From: a virus
Taxonomy: Duplodnaviria; Caudoviricetes
Virus record (IMG/VR): IMGVR_UViG_3300022867_000039
Location: 1-33,591 of that record
DNA: 33,591 bases
Strand: one strand, 5' to 3'
A model generated the notes under the pieces. The model had not been told where the DNA came from. It made no database searches and worked only from the letters and a program-made list of their open reading frames with translations. Below are positions 16,648 to 24,609 of the stretch, piece after piece. Made by a program: the position numbers and the translations under genes. Numbering within the stretch: position 1 is the stretch's first letter; every line of letters begins with the position of its first letter.

Positions 16648-17412
16648 ATGAATAAAAGCTGTTCAGAATGTAAAAAAATAAAAGATGTTAAATATTTTTT
16701 TTGGAGAAAAGATACTCAAAATTATAGAGCAACCTGTAAAGAATGTTGCTTTAAAAGATCAAAGAAATATTACAAGAAACATAAAAAAAGTTTATTAATT
16801 TGGCATAAAGAATACCGTTTAGAAAATAGAGATAAAATTAATAAAGAACTAAAAGAACATTATTATAAAAATAATGGTGCTGAAAAAAGAAGGTTATGGA
16901 GAATTAAAAATCCATTAAAAGATAAAAAAACTGCCAAAAGATGGAGATTAAATAATCCTGAAAAACTTAAAGAAATACATAAAAAAAAATGGCAAAATAT
17001 TTTAAACAACCCTATATTACATAGGGAGATATTAGATAAGCAAAAGATAAGAAACTCAACTTTAAAAGCAAAATTAAAAAATAGAAAATCATGTAGAAAA
17101 CATTTTCTAGCAAATAGAGAGTATTATTTAAAAAAGAATAAAGATCATTATCTTGATAATAAATTATATTATAATTTAAAATCTATGCACAGAAGAAAGC
17201 ATATTTTAATTAGAATCCCTAAATGGGCTAATTTAGAAAAAATTAGAGAGATATATAAAAAGAGTAAAAAGGGTTATCATGTTGACCACATTATACCGCT
17301 TCAAGGTAAAAATGTTTCAGGACTCCATGTAGAAAATAATTTAAGAATTATAAAGGCTACAAGTAATTTAAGTAAAGGTAATAAATTTCCATACAATGGA
17401 ATATCAATATGA
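16648..17412 (+). CDS. HNH endonuclease with N-terminal CxxC...CxxC zinc finger (homing-endonuclease-like)
   Basis: CSEC...CKEC; C-terminal YHVDHIIPLQG..VSGLHVENNL....SNLSKGNK. The start at 16648 (MNKSC) is preferred over 16609. Confidence 0.85.
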   Translation: MNKSCSECKKIKDVKYFFWRKDTQNYRATCKECCFKRSKKYYKKHKKSLLIWHKEYRLENRDKINKELKEHYYKNNGAEKRRLWRIKNPLKDKKTAKRWRLNNPEKLKEIHKKKWQNILNNPILHREILDKQKIRNSTLKAKLKNRKSCRKHFLANREYYLKKNKDHYLDNKLYYNLKSMHRRKHILIRIPKWANLEKIREIYKKSKKGYHVDHIIPLQGKNVSGLHVENNLRIIKATSNLSKGNKFPYNGISI

Positions 17413-17591
17413 ATAAAACCAATATATATGGAGATTATAAGGTCTGTATAAAATGCAAGAATCCTTCAGATGTAGTAGAGGGATCAAAAAATTACTGCGT
17501 TGAATGTTGGTATGTTCATGTTAATGGTAAAAGCATAAAGGAAGTGGAAAAGCAAATAGAAGAAGAAGAAAGGTTTATTAAAAAAAAATGA
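17409..17591 (+). CDS. Small zinc-ribbon protein
   Basis: CIKC...CVEC. Confidence 0.65.
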   Translation: MNKTNIYGDYKVCIKCKNPSDVVEGSKNYCVECWYVHVNGKSIKEVEKQIEEEERFIKKK

Positions 17592-17707
17592 AATACTTAA
17601 TAATATTTATATTTCTATCAGGATGCTTTCTAAGCGATTACGATTTTAACCCCACAACTACGATATTAAAACAACTAATAAAAGGACAAAGTAATGAAAA
17701 AAAGTAG
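17588..17707 (+). CDS. Small putative lipoprotein (39 aa)
   Basis: MKYLIIFIFLSGC: short signal with LSGC lipobox; ATGA overlap with the upstream gene. Confidence 0.55.
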   Translation: MKYLIIFIFLSGCFLSDYDFNPTTTILKQLIKGQSNEKK

Positions 17708-18251
17708 TGCGTTAGCTTATGTAGGACACAATGCGAATGGAGATAGAGAAAAAGATGACTTTTACCCAACACCAGAAAATGCAACCCAATCATTATTAGA
17801 TAAGCAAAAATTTGAAGGTGATATTTGGGAGTGTGCTTGTGGTAATGGTGCTATGTCTAAAGTTATGATTAAAAATGGTTATGATGTTTATAGTTCAGAT
17901 TTAATTAATAGAGATTATGGAGAAATAGGAATTGATTTTTTAGAATCTGATAAACAAGTGGATAATATTGTAACCAATCCACCTTTTAAATTAGCAACAG
18001 AATTTACATTAAAGGGATTTGAGTTGGCTAGAAAAAAAGTTGTCATGCTTTCTAAAATTTCTTATTTAGAGGGTGTTAAAAGAAGGGAACTAATATTTAA
18101 TAAAGATAAACTAGAAAGAGTTTTAATATTTACTAGGAGAGTTCCATTTAAAAAAGAATCAACTCAAAAATTAGCAGGTGGTTTAATGGCATTTGGTTGG
18201 TTTATTTATGATGTTAATTATAACGGTAAACCTCAAATAGATTGGATATAA
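17694..18251 (+). CDS. DNA amino-methyltransferase (probably N6-adenine)
   Basis: DFYPTP, WECACGNG SAM-binding motif, catalytic IVTNPPF. Confidence 0.85.
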   Translation: MKKSSALAYVGHNANGDREKDDFYPTPENATQSLLDKQKFEGDIWECACGNGAMSKVMIKNGYDVYSSDLINRDYGEIGIDFLESDKQVDNIVTNPPFKLATEFTLKGFELARKKVVMLSKISYLEGVKRRELIFNKDKLERVLIFTRRVPFKKESTQKLAGGLMAFGWFIYDVNYNGKPQIDWI

Positions 18252-18253
18252 AA

Positions 18254-18748
18254 ATGATAAAAGTTAAATTAGATCCGTTTGAAGTGCAATTAGCCTTTGA
18301 GAACTCAACAAAAAGGTACATAGAGAACTTGAAGCAAGGTAAAGGGTTTTCTTATGGCTACACAGGTGGCTTTGAAAGACAAATAACAGATGGGGTTATT
18401 GGAAGCTTAGGAGAAGTAGCTTTTGCAAAGGCAACTAATACTTATTTCAATAGCTCTTATTCTGATTCTTTTTCAAGATATACAGATACCGATTTTCAGA
18501 ATCATATAGAGATTAGATCACAAAAAAAGAAAGATCCTAATTTTTTATTGATTAGACCTAATGAGAAAAAAGCAAGATATGTTTTAGTTGTCCATGATGG
18601 CGATTTTGAATTTAGTATTATGGGGTGGTTCTCTTATAAAGATGATGGGGAGGAGATGTCTAAAAGATTAACTGACTTTGGTTACTCAAATAGACCTCCA
18701 GCATATAGAGTTAATATTAATGAACTAAATAAAATGGAAGATTTATAA
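18254..18748 (+). CDS. Putative PD-(D/E)xK-like nuclease-fold protein
   Basis: G..GE.A...D....IEIRS arrangement; ATG 18254 is preferred over TTG 18242. Confidence 0.5.
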   Translation: MIKVKLDPFEVQLAFENSTKRYIENLKQGKGFSYGYTGGFERQITDGVIGSLGEVAFAKATNTYFNSSYSDSFSRYTDTDFQNHIEIRSQKKKDPNFLLIRPNEKKARYVLVVHDGDFEFSIMGWFSYKDDGEEMSKRLTDFGYSNRPPAYRVNINELNKMEDL

Positions 18749-19401
18749 TGAATGATAAAATAAATTTTAAATTATTTAAACCTTTTGGTTCAACCCTTGC
18801 TAAATCTGTATTACCTTTAGATTTAATCAAAGAATTTCAAGAGGATTTAAAACAGATAAGAGAAGATAAAGACAAGATTATAACCCATGATTGGGGGAAT
18901 CAATTAATTGGTCAAGTACATGGCGAATATTTAATAACACCTGAGTTAATGCTTAAATGGAAAGGATTATTTTTTGATCCTATTATTTCTGGTTATACTA
19001 GTAGCCATTATAAAGATAATAAAATAGAAAGCATAAAAATTACTTCAGCTTGGTATGTAGTTCAAAAACCAGGAGATTATAACCCTTGTCATACTCATGT
19101 AACTTATACCAATCAAGGTAAAGGTGCTGATCTAAGTTGTGTTGGTTACTTAAAAATACCTGATGCCATGAAACCAAATAAAAACTCTAAAGAACATGAC
19201 GACACTTCAGGGAATGTAGAATTTTTAGAAGGTTCGGAGAATATGTTTTTTGATGCAAATTATAAAGCCTTGCCAGAGGTTAGAGATTGGTATTTGTTTC
19301 CTTCAAATTTAAGACATACCGTTTATAAATTTGATTCGGATAATAAAGATGATGAAAGAATATCATTTAGCTTTAATGCGATAATAATATTTAAAGCTTA
19401 G
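18748..19401 (+). CDS. 2OG-Fe(II) oxygenase (TIGR02466-like)
   Basis: W......DYNP.HTH...LS.V.YL...LFPS.LRH.V...ERISFSFN. Confidence 0.8.
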   Translation: MNDKINFKLFKPFGSTLAKSVLPLDLIKEFQEDLKQIREDKDKIITHDWGNQLIGQVHGEYLITPELMLKWKGLFFDPIISGYTSSHYKDNKIESIKITSAWYVVQKPGDYNPCHTHVTYTNQGKGADLSCVGYLKIPDAMKPNKNSKEHDDTSGNVEFLEGSENMFFDANYKALPEVRDWYLFPSNLRHTVYKFDSDNKDDERISFSFNAIIIFKA

Positions 19402-19425
19402 AGGTGTATCAATATGTATTATTTA

Positions 19426-19454
19426 TTGACAACGTTTGTTTCAACAACTAAAAG
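19426..19454 (+). promoter_or_regulatory. Promoter of the recombination/regulator operon
   Basis: TTGACA-17 bp-TAAAAG in the 19402-19482 gap. Confidence 0.6.
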
Positions 19455-19482
19455 GTAAATAGACAATGAAAGGAAATAAATA

Positions 19483-19737
19483 ATGCTTAAAACAATAGGG
19501 AAAGAGTGGACAAAAAAGGAAGATGGGGGTTGTTTTACTGCCGATCATATGAGTCCAAGTCAGCTTAATAAAAGCTTAGACTTGTGGTTCAATGATTATG
19601 TTGTCTTAACAGCTCAACAAAGAAAATCATTACCAGGTAATCTAAATATGGATATTGGTGGCATAGTTGGTCAATCTGTTCAGGATATGATTGTTTATAA
19701 TTTAACACTTGAAGAAGTTATGAAAGGAAAAAAATAA
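19483..19737 (+). CDS. N-terminal module of a PD-(D/E)xK exonuclease (stand-alone)
   Basis: HMSPSQLN....W...Y.........M..G..V resembles the conserved start of PDDEXK_1/Cas4-like phage exonucleases; no catalytic motifs. Confidence 0.55.
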   Translation: MLKTIGKEWTKKEDGGCFTADHMSPSQLNKSLDLWFNDYVVLTAQQRKSLPGNLNMDIGGIVGQSVQDMIVYNLTLEEVMKGKK

Positions 19738-20033
19738 TGTCAGATCAGATAATGATGGAACTTGCAAAAATGCAAACCAAGATAAGAGCCTATGAACAAG
19801 ATAATAAAAAATATGCAGAACAGTTAAGAAATAGAGATGATGAAATAATTGAACTAAGAACTAAAATTAATTCATTAGAGTTAACGGATAAGAAGATAGC
19901 TCAAAATAAAAGTTATTTAGAGTTAAAAGCAAATAAGGATAAAGAACAAATAATAGAAAATCAAAAACTAAAGGAAGGAAATAAAAATGACAATAAAACA
20001 AAAAGTAGTTCAGGAAGAAAGTCCGACAAGTAA
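19737..20033 (+). CDS. Coiled-coil hypothetical protein
   Basis: 98 aa, heptad-like charged sequence. Confidence 0.65.
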   Translation: MSDQIMMELAKMQTKIRAYEQDNKKYAEQLRNRDDEIIELRTKINSLELTDKKIAQNKSYLELKANKDKEQIIENQKLKEGNKNDNKTKSSSGRKSDK

Positions 20034-20619
20034 AAATACTGAAGAAAAATTCAAAGGTTCTTTCAGGGAAAAAAGGTTACAATGTATAGCTTCACTAGAT
20101 TCTAATGTTGAAAAATTAGACTTTAAAGGAAAGAGTTATTTAACAGTAGCTAAAAGACATAATCACTTATTAAAATTTTTTCCAGAATCTAAGATAGATG
20201 AGCAGATTATTTTTCAAGATGATAAAAAAGTTATAGCTAAGACTACATTATATATTGGAGATACTCCTTATAGTGTTGGTCATGCAGAAGAAATAAGAGA
20301 TGCTAACTTTATTAATAAAACAAGTGCTTTAGAGAATGCTGCTACTTCAAGTTTAGGAAGGTGTTTAGCTTCATTTGGATTACATGGTACAGAATTTGCT
20401 AGTGCAGATGAATTAGTTAATGCTGTAATTAATCAAGGAGCAACTACAAAAAATTCAATTAAGGATAAGATAAAACAACAGACAACTGAAACTAAGTTGA
20501 CTAAGTTATATTCTGATTGGAAGAACGAAACTGAATCAGTTCAAAAAGAATTTGATTCTCAACAACAAACAATAAAAACTAATGGAGGACAAAACAATGC
20601 CAATAAGCAACAATGGTAA
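19987..20619 (+). CDS. Single-strand annealing recombinase (Rad52/Sak-like)
   Basis: KGK.Y..V..R ... GHAEE...INKTSALENA.TS.LGR.LA..G...EFASADE motif of phage SSAPs. Confidence 0.65.
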   Translation: MTIKQKVVQEESPTSKNTEEKFKGSFREKRLQCIASLDSNVEKLDFKGKSYLTVAKRHNHLLKFFPESKIDEQIIFQDDKKVIAKTTLYIGDTPYSVGHAEEIRDANFINKTSALENAATSSLGRCLASFGLHGTEFASADELVNAVINQGATTKNSIKDKIKQQTTETKLTKLYSDWKNETESVQKEFDSQQQTIKTNGGQNNANKQQW

Positions 20620-21010
20620 CAGTAAGCAAAAAGATTGGGTATTATTTCCATATAATGGAGCTGATGAAAGAGCAATTAAACTTGACTTCTCAGGAAACAT
20701 TATTTTAGATAATGGTCATAAAGGAACAATCTTGGGTGTTAAAGCTCAATCAAAAAATGGTAACACTAAGTTTGTTAAAGTGTTTGCACAAATAGGAGTT
20801 CTCTTTAAAGGGGATGACAAGTTTACTGGAGAAATGAATTATCCAGATGCTGGTGGAGAGAAAGGTTTGATTGGTTGGACTAATGATGAGGGTAATATTT
20901 TATCTGGTTATAAGAATGATCCTAGACCTAAACAAACTCAACAAACAACAACACCTATTGCAAGACCTCAAGCAGAGGTTAAGGTAGAAAGTAAAGAAAT
21001 TCCATTTTAA
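20582..21010 (+). CDS. Single-stranded DNA-binding protein-like
   Basis: Beta-rich core, Q/T/P linker, terminal EIPF SSB-type tail; follows the SSAP gene. Confidence 0.6.
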   Translation: MEDKTMPISNNGNSKQKDWVLFPYNGADERAIKLDFSGNIILDNGHKGTILGVKAQSKNGNTKFVKVFAQIGVLFKGDDKFTGEMNYPDAGGEKGLIGWTNDEGNILSGYKNDPRPKQTQQTTTPIARPQAEVKVESKEIPF

Positions 21011-21013
21011 TTA

Positions 21014-21217
21014 ATGGAGTTTATTTTTTTATTTATGTTTTTTGTAGATGGAACTATTGAAAAAGTATCAGTACCTTTTGGTAGTTCATCTATAAATTGC
21101 TTTAATAGATTAGAAAAAGTTGTAAAAATAGATTATCTACCAATAGGTGTTAGATATAAAGATAAACAAGTAGCAGCGTATTGGTGCAAAGACAAGGAAG
21201 GAAATTATGCCAGATAA
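21014..21217 (+). CDS. Hypothetical protein
   Basis: 67 aa, hydrophobic N-terminus, two Cys. Confidence 0.6.
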   Translation: MEFIFLFMFFVDGTIEKVSVPFGSSSINCFNRLEKVVKIDYLPIGVRYKDKQVAAYWCKDKEGNYAR

Positions 21218-21512
21218 TGTAAAGTTTATAAATGATATGGAAAAGTTACTACATGAAAAAGAAGGGGATTACGGACAGTTTGACCATACGTCTTATGTAA
21301 TGGCTGGAATGATGGAGAAGTATTTATCAATTCATAATAACAAAACAATTAAAGTTCCATTAAAATTCTTTGGTTTATTTATGATCTTTCTTAAATGTTG
21401 GAGAGTAATGCAATCAAGTAATTATAAAAAGGATAGCTTTGATGACATCAACGGATATACAGAACTTTTAAGGAGGTTAGTAGTAAATGAAAATAAAACA
21501 AAGAGGACTTAG
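21207..21512 (+). CDS. DUF6378-like helical protein
   Basis: K..DYG.F ... M..LK..R......K.DS..DI.GY pattern. Confidence 0.6.
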   Translation: MPDNVKFINDMEKLLHEKEGDYGQFDHTSYVMAGMMEKYLSIHNNKTIKVPLKFFGLFMIFLKCWRVMQSSNYKKDSFDDINGYTELLRRLVVNENKTKRT

Positions 21513-21723
21513 ACCAATGACTCCAAAAATGTTGAAGCTATTGCAATTTATTAGAAACTATAGTACAAAATATGGATATATGCCAACTTTTTTAGAAATG
21601 GCTGCAGAGATGGAATATAAAAGTAAAAATTCGGTTAGTGTTCTGATTGATAAGCTTGAAGAACGCAACGAATTAAAAAGAGATTATGCTGGTTATAGCA
21701 GAAATGTTGTCTTAAATGTTTAA
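21487..21723 (+). CDS. LexA-like DNA-binding domain protein, no peptidase domain
   Basis: MTP....LL.FI.......GY.PTF.EM...M..KSK.SV..LI..LEER..L.R aligns by eye with alphaproteobacterial LexA N-terminal domains. Confidence 0.8.
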   Translation: MKIKQRGLRPMTPKMLKLLQFIRNYSTKYGYMPTFLEMAAEMEYKSKNSVSVLIDKLEERNELKRDYAGYSRNVVLNV

Positions 21724-21970
21724 AGTTTTAAAGACATCTATTGTAGAGTTTTCAGCTGATGTAGAAGAATTTTTTGATGGTGAAACAATTGAAGAAGCGA
21801 CCAAAAAAGCACACTATCAATCAATGCCTGGTGAACTTGCTAAAATTAATATTACCGACTGCAAGGTTATCAAGGAAGCTATAAAAATAGTTGGTAAGGA
21901 GCAACATGGATCCAAAAAAAGTATTGGAACTGAAAGTTCGGCAACAGGAGGAGAGCAGAAAAATGTTTAA
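21716..21970 (+). CDS. Hypothetical protein
   Basis: 84-aa ORF overlapping both neighbours. Confidence 0.6.
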   Translation: MFKVLKTSIVEFSADVEEFFDGETIEEATKKAHYQSMPGELAKINITDCKVIKEAIKIVGKEQHGSKKSIGTESSATGGEQKNV

Positions 21971-22070
21971 ATTTCAAGCTCTAGTCCAAAAGAAGAAAAA
22001 CTTAATTGCTGACATAAGTTCTAAAATTTTTGAAGAAGAAATGAAAAGACCATTTAGAATAAGTTCTTAA
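21906..22070 (+). CDS. Small coiled-coil protein (54 aa)
   Basis: MDPKKVLELKVRQQEESRK... preceded by AAGGAG. Confidence 0.6.
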   Translation: MDPKKVLELKVRQQEESRKMFKFQALVQKKKNLIADISSKIFEEEMKRPFRISS

Positions 22071-22147
22071 GGGTTTTTTTGTTTTAAACTGAAAGTTGTA
22101 TAAGCTTATTGGGTATTTTATACTCAAAATAAAAGGAAGGAAAACAA

Positions 22148-22438
22148 ATGATACAAGAAAAAGAAAATCCGTTTAAGAAAGATATGGAGTTCTATAGAGG
22201 AATAGGAATCAAAATCAAAGAAGCTAGACATACCAATATTAATCAATTTACTGGAAAGTGTTTTTTGATAACTCAAACAAAAGTTGCAAAGGCATTAGGA
22301 ACTACCTTTCAACAAATTCAAAAATATGAAAAAGCACATAATCGTATTCCTTTAATTTCATTAATTAAGATAGGAAATTACCTAAAGAAACCTTTAAGTT
22401 ATTTTGGGGTAGAGTCTTACAGAGAGGATAAAGAATAA
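22148..22438 (+). CDS. XRE-family HTH transcriptional regulator
   Basis: TQ..VA.ALG.TFQQIQKYEK..NRI motif typical of alphaproteobacterial XRE proteins. Confidence 0.85.
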   Translation: MIQEKENPFKKDMEFYRGIGIKIKEARHTNINQFTGKCFLITQTKVAKALGTTFQQIQKYEKAHNRIPLISLIKIGNYLKKPLSYFGVESYREDKE

Positions 22439-23079
22439 TGTTTGTACCGGTAAAAGATAAGCTAGATAAATTAGTTGCCTTAACACCTGCTGACCAAGAA
22501 AAATTAAGTTATTATAAAAGTATAGTTCCTTTAATGATTTCTAATTGTCATAAGGCTCACCAAACTATTCCTGGTTATGATAAGTGTAAACCAGAGGTAG
22601 AAGCTTTTAAATGGTTTGATGGTATTAATATTCCTATTCATGGTTACATAGATTTAAAAGGAGATAATCTTATCATTGAAGATAAATGTAAGATGCCTAG
22701 AAGGGGAATTGTCAAAAAAGATGGTACTAGATCTTGGTTTCCTGGAAAGCTACCAGTTGATAAACCTTCTCCATATAACTTATTACAAGTTGATTTCTAT
22801 TGGTCTGTATTTCAAGTACCAGTTTATCTTTGTTATGTTAATGAGGTAGAATTTAAAGTCTTTCATGCTGGAAATTGTGATGAACTAAAGCCTGAGAATA
22901 TTAAAAAAAGAATACCTACAATTATTCAAAGAGCTAAAGTTAGACAAAACATAATGAAGATTAGTAATGATCCTAATGTTCTTAAAGATTATATTCAACC
23001 AGACTTTACACATATGTTTTGGAATAATGATGCTGATGAAAATTATCTTAAAAATGCTAAGAGGTTTTGGGGATATTAG
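22438..23079 (+). CDS. PD-(D/E)xK exonuclease catalytic module
   Basis: E...IPIHGYIDL....IIEDK...Q...Y motifs; lacks the usual N-terminal SxS/G..H segment. Confidence 0.75.
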   Translation: MFVPVKDKLDKLVALTPADQEKLSYYKSIVPLMISNCHKAHQTIPGYDKCKPEVEAFKWFDGINIPIHGYIDLKGDNLIIEDKCKMPRRGIVKKDGTRSWFPGKLPVDKPSPYNLLQVDFYWSVFQVPVYLCYVNEVEFKVFHAGNCDELKPENIKKRIPTIIQRAKVRQNIMKISNDPNVLKDYIQPDFTHMFWNNDADENYLKNAKRFWGY

Positions 23080-23256
23080 TTACCAATCAAATTTTGATTT
23101 AGGTGTTTCATCATCTTTCTTCATACATAGATAGTGAGCTTTAGTGTGATTAGCAAAAGCTACAAAAGAATCAGTAGAAATCATATCTTTATAACAGTAT
23201 CTACACTTACCCACATCAGCTATTTTTTCTGATCTTACCCAAGTTTTTTTAGCCAT
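23080..23256 (-). CDS. Small zinc-finger protein (58 aa)
   Basis: MAKKTW...CRYC...H..C; its stop abuts the convergent exonuclease stop. Confidence 0.65.
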   Translation of the reverse strand: MAKKTWVRSEKIADVGKCRYCYKDMISTDSFVAFANHTKAHYLCMKKDDETPKSKFDW

Positions 23257-23317
23257 AGAAATTCTTATTCCCCACCATCATCCCAGTTGACAAGCAACCA
23301 CACCATATAACAATTTA

Positions 23318-23407
23318 TTATTTTTTATTTTTTTTCTTCTTAGCTTTCTTAGCAGCTTCCTTACCTTTTTTAGTGTAAGGGTATTTTTTTCCGTTTACCA
23401 TTGGCAT
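23318..23407 (-). CDS. Lys-rich peptide (29 aa)
   Basis: MPMVNGKKYPYTKKGKEAAKKAKKKKNKK with AGGAGA RBS. Confidence 0.65.
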   Translation of the reverse strand: MPMVNGKKYPYTKKGKEAAKKAKKKKNKK

Positions 23408-23408
23408 A

Positions 23409-23552
23409 TTATTTTCTCCTGTTATGTTTGTTTTTATTTTTTCCCATATACCAATTACCAGGTTCATAGTTCCATCTTTTACCATGATGACCTCTTAGAT
23501 CGGCATATAGCATTCTAGCTTTCACTATGAATTTTAATATACTTCTTACCAC
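23409..23552 (-). CDS. Small basic peptide (47 aa, GTG start)
   Basis: MVRSILKFIVKARMLYADLRGHHGKRWNYEPG...; tiles the gap. Confidence 0.5.
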   Translation of the reverse strand: MVRSILKFIVKARMLYADLRGHHGKRWNYEPGNWYMGKNKNKHNRRK

Positions 23553-23794
23553 TTTTTACAACTCCAAAATCTAGCGGTTAATTTACTAGTAGCGGTAGCA
23601 CATTTATGTCTAGCTCTAAATGATTTTCTTCTCTTAGGATCAGATTTTCCAATAGTCATATTAGCATCACCAAATCTAATAAGTTTTACTTTATTTCCAG
23701 ACTTAGCTAATACTGCAAATTTTTTAGTTTTAGTTCTAGCATTCTTAGGCTTGTTATATCCAGAAAATTTCTCACCTCTATAATCTATTGCCAT
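23546..23794 (-). CDS. Small basic phage protein (RRKSFRARHKC...WSC family)
   Basis: IRFGD..M......P.RRKSFRARH.C......TAR.WSC..W, a recurrent phage motif of unknown function. Confidence 0.7.
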   Translation of the reverse strand: MAIDYRGEKFSGYNKPKNARTKTKKFAVLAKSGNKVKLIRFGDANMTIGKSDPKRRKSFRARHKCATATSKLTARFWSCKKW

Positions 23795-24222
23795 GTCTTA
23801 TAACCTTCTTTATCTTTAACTAATGCTTGTCCTCTACCATTAGGAACATAAGAAACATGAATCCATCCACCATTTTCTTCAGTATAATATTCTAATATTG
23901 CTTGATCCATTGGTAGGTTCTCTACTATATGTTTAAATACTTTCTTATTATCTACACCAGGAATAATAAAATCTGCTGCACAACCAGAACAATGTTGTGA
24001 TGTAATTTTAGATCCCACTAAAGATGATAGTTCTTTAGACCTAAATCCAGAACTTACTACTAAAGGTAATTCAAAGTCGTCTCTTAAAGGTTGTAATATA
24101 TTAATACATAACCTTTTAAGGTTTTCTATTTCTTCTTCATTAGGAGTATTATCTATATTATTTCTTAAAGCTGTTTGGGATATAGTTAATTCCTCTAATG
24201 TAAAGTTAGTGCTTAATTTCAT
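23785..24222 (-). CDS. Endolysin, peptidase M15A family
   Basis: LS.NFTL.EL, SSGFRS, SQH..G.AADF, WIHVS zinc-peptidase motifs. Confidence 0.9.
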   Translation of the reverse strand: MKLSTNFTLEELTISQTALRNNIDNTPNEEEIENLKRLCINILQPLRDDFELPLVVSSGFRSKELSSLVGSKITSQHCSGCAADFIIPGVDNKKVFKHIVENLPMDQAILEYYTEENGGWIHVSYVPNGRGQALVKDKEGYKTWQ

Positions 24223-24394
24223 TTTCTGTTACTCCTGCAAAATATTTATAATCATATTTGACTACTCTGCAATCATCTTTTTTCTTAAATTTACTTTTCT
24301 TAGCAAAGAAATCAGCATTATCTTTAGTGTCAAAGATTATATTAGTGTATGCTCTGTAGAAATCGTCTGAAACTTTATGGAGTACACACCACAT
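24206..24394 (-). CDS. Hypothetical protein
   Basis: 62 aa, coupled within the lysis region. Confidence 0.6.
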   Translation of the reverse strand: MWCVLHKVSDDFYRAYTNIIFDTKDNADFFAKKSKFKKKDDCRVVKYDYKYFAGVTENEIKH

Positions 24395-24609
24395 TAAGGA
24401 TAAGATAGTATTTCTTTTGCTTCTTTCTTTAATTCTTTTATTTTTTTATTAGCTTCCTCTAAATCAGTAGTGGCATTTTCTAATTTTTGCAGACACCTTT
24501 TATTTGCAGAGTCTTTAGACTTACCTGCGTCTTGGAGTTCGGCAATATCTTGCTTTAAGATTCTTACCTGTTCCTTATATTCATTAAGTATCTCTGTATT
24601 ATCTGACAT
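24394..24609 (-). CDS. Coiled-coil hypothetical protein
   Basis: 71 aa heptad pattern. Confidence 0.65.
   Translation of the reverse strand: MSDNTEILNEYKEQVRILKQDIAELQDAGKSKDSANKRCLQKLENATTDLEEANKKIKELKKEAKEILSYP

Noticed and set aside
22109-22127. TTGGGTA-TTTTA-TACTCAA inverted repeat as XRE operator
   Set aside because: Single imperfect instance with no second copy found; insufficient support.
14131-23079. Integrase/att-based lysogeny module
   Set aside because: No tyrosine or serine recombinase motifs in any ORF and no tRNA-like att core recognised.
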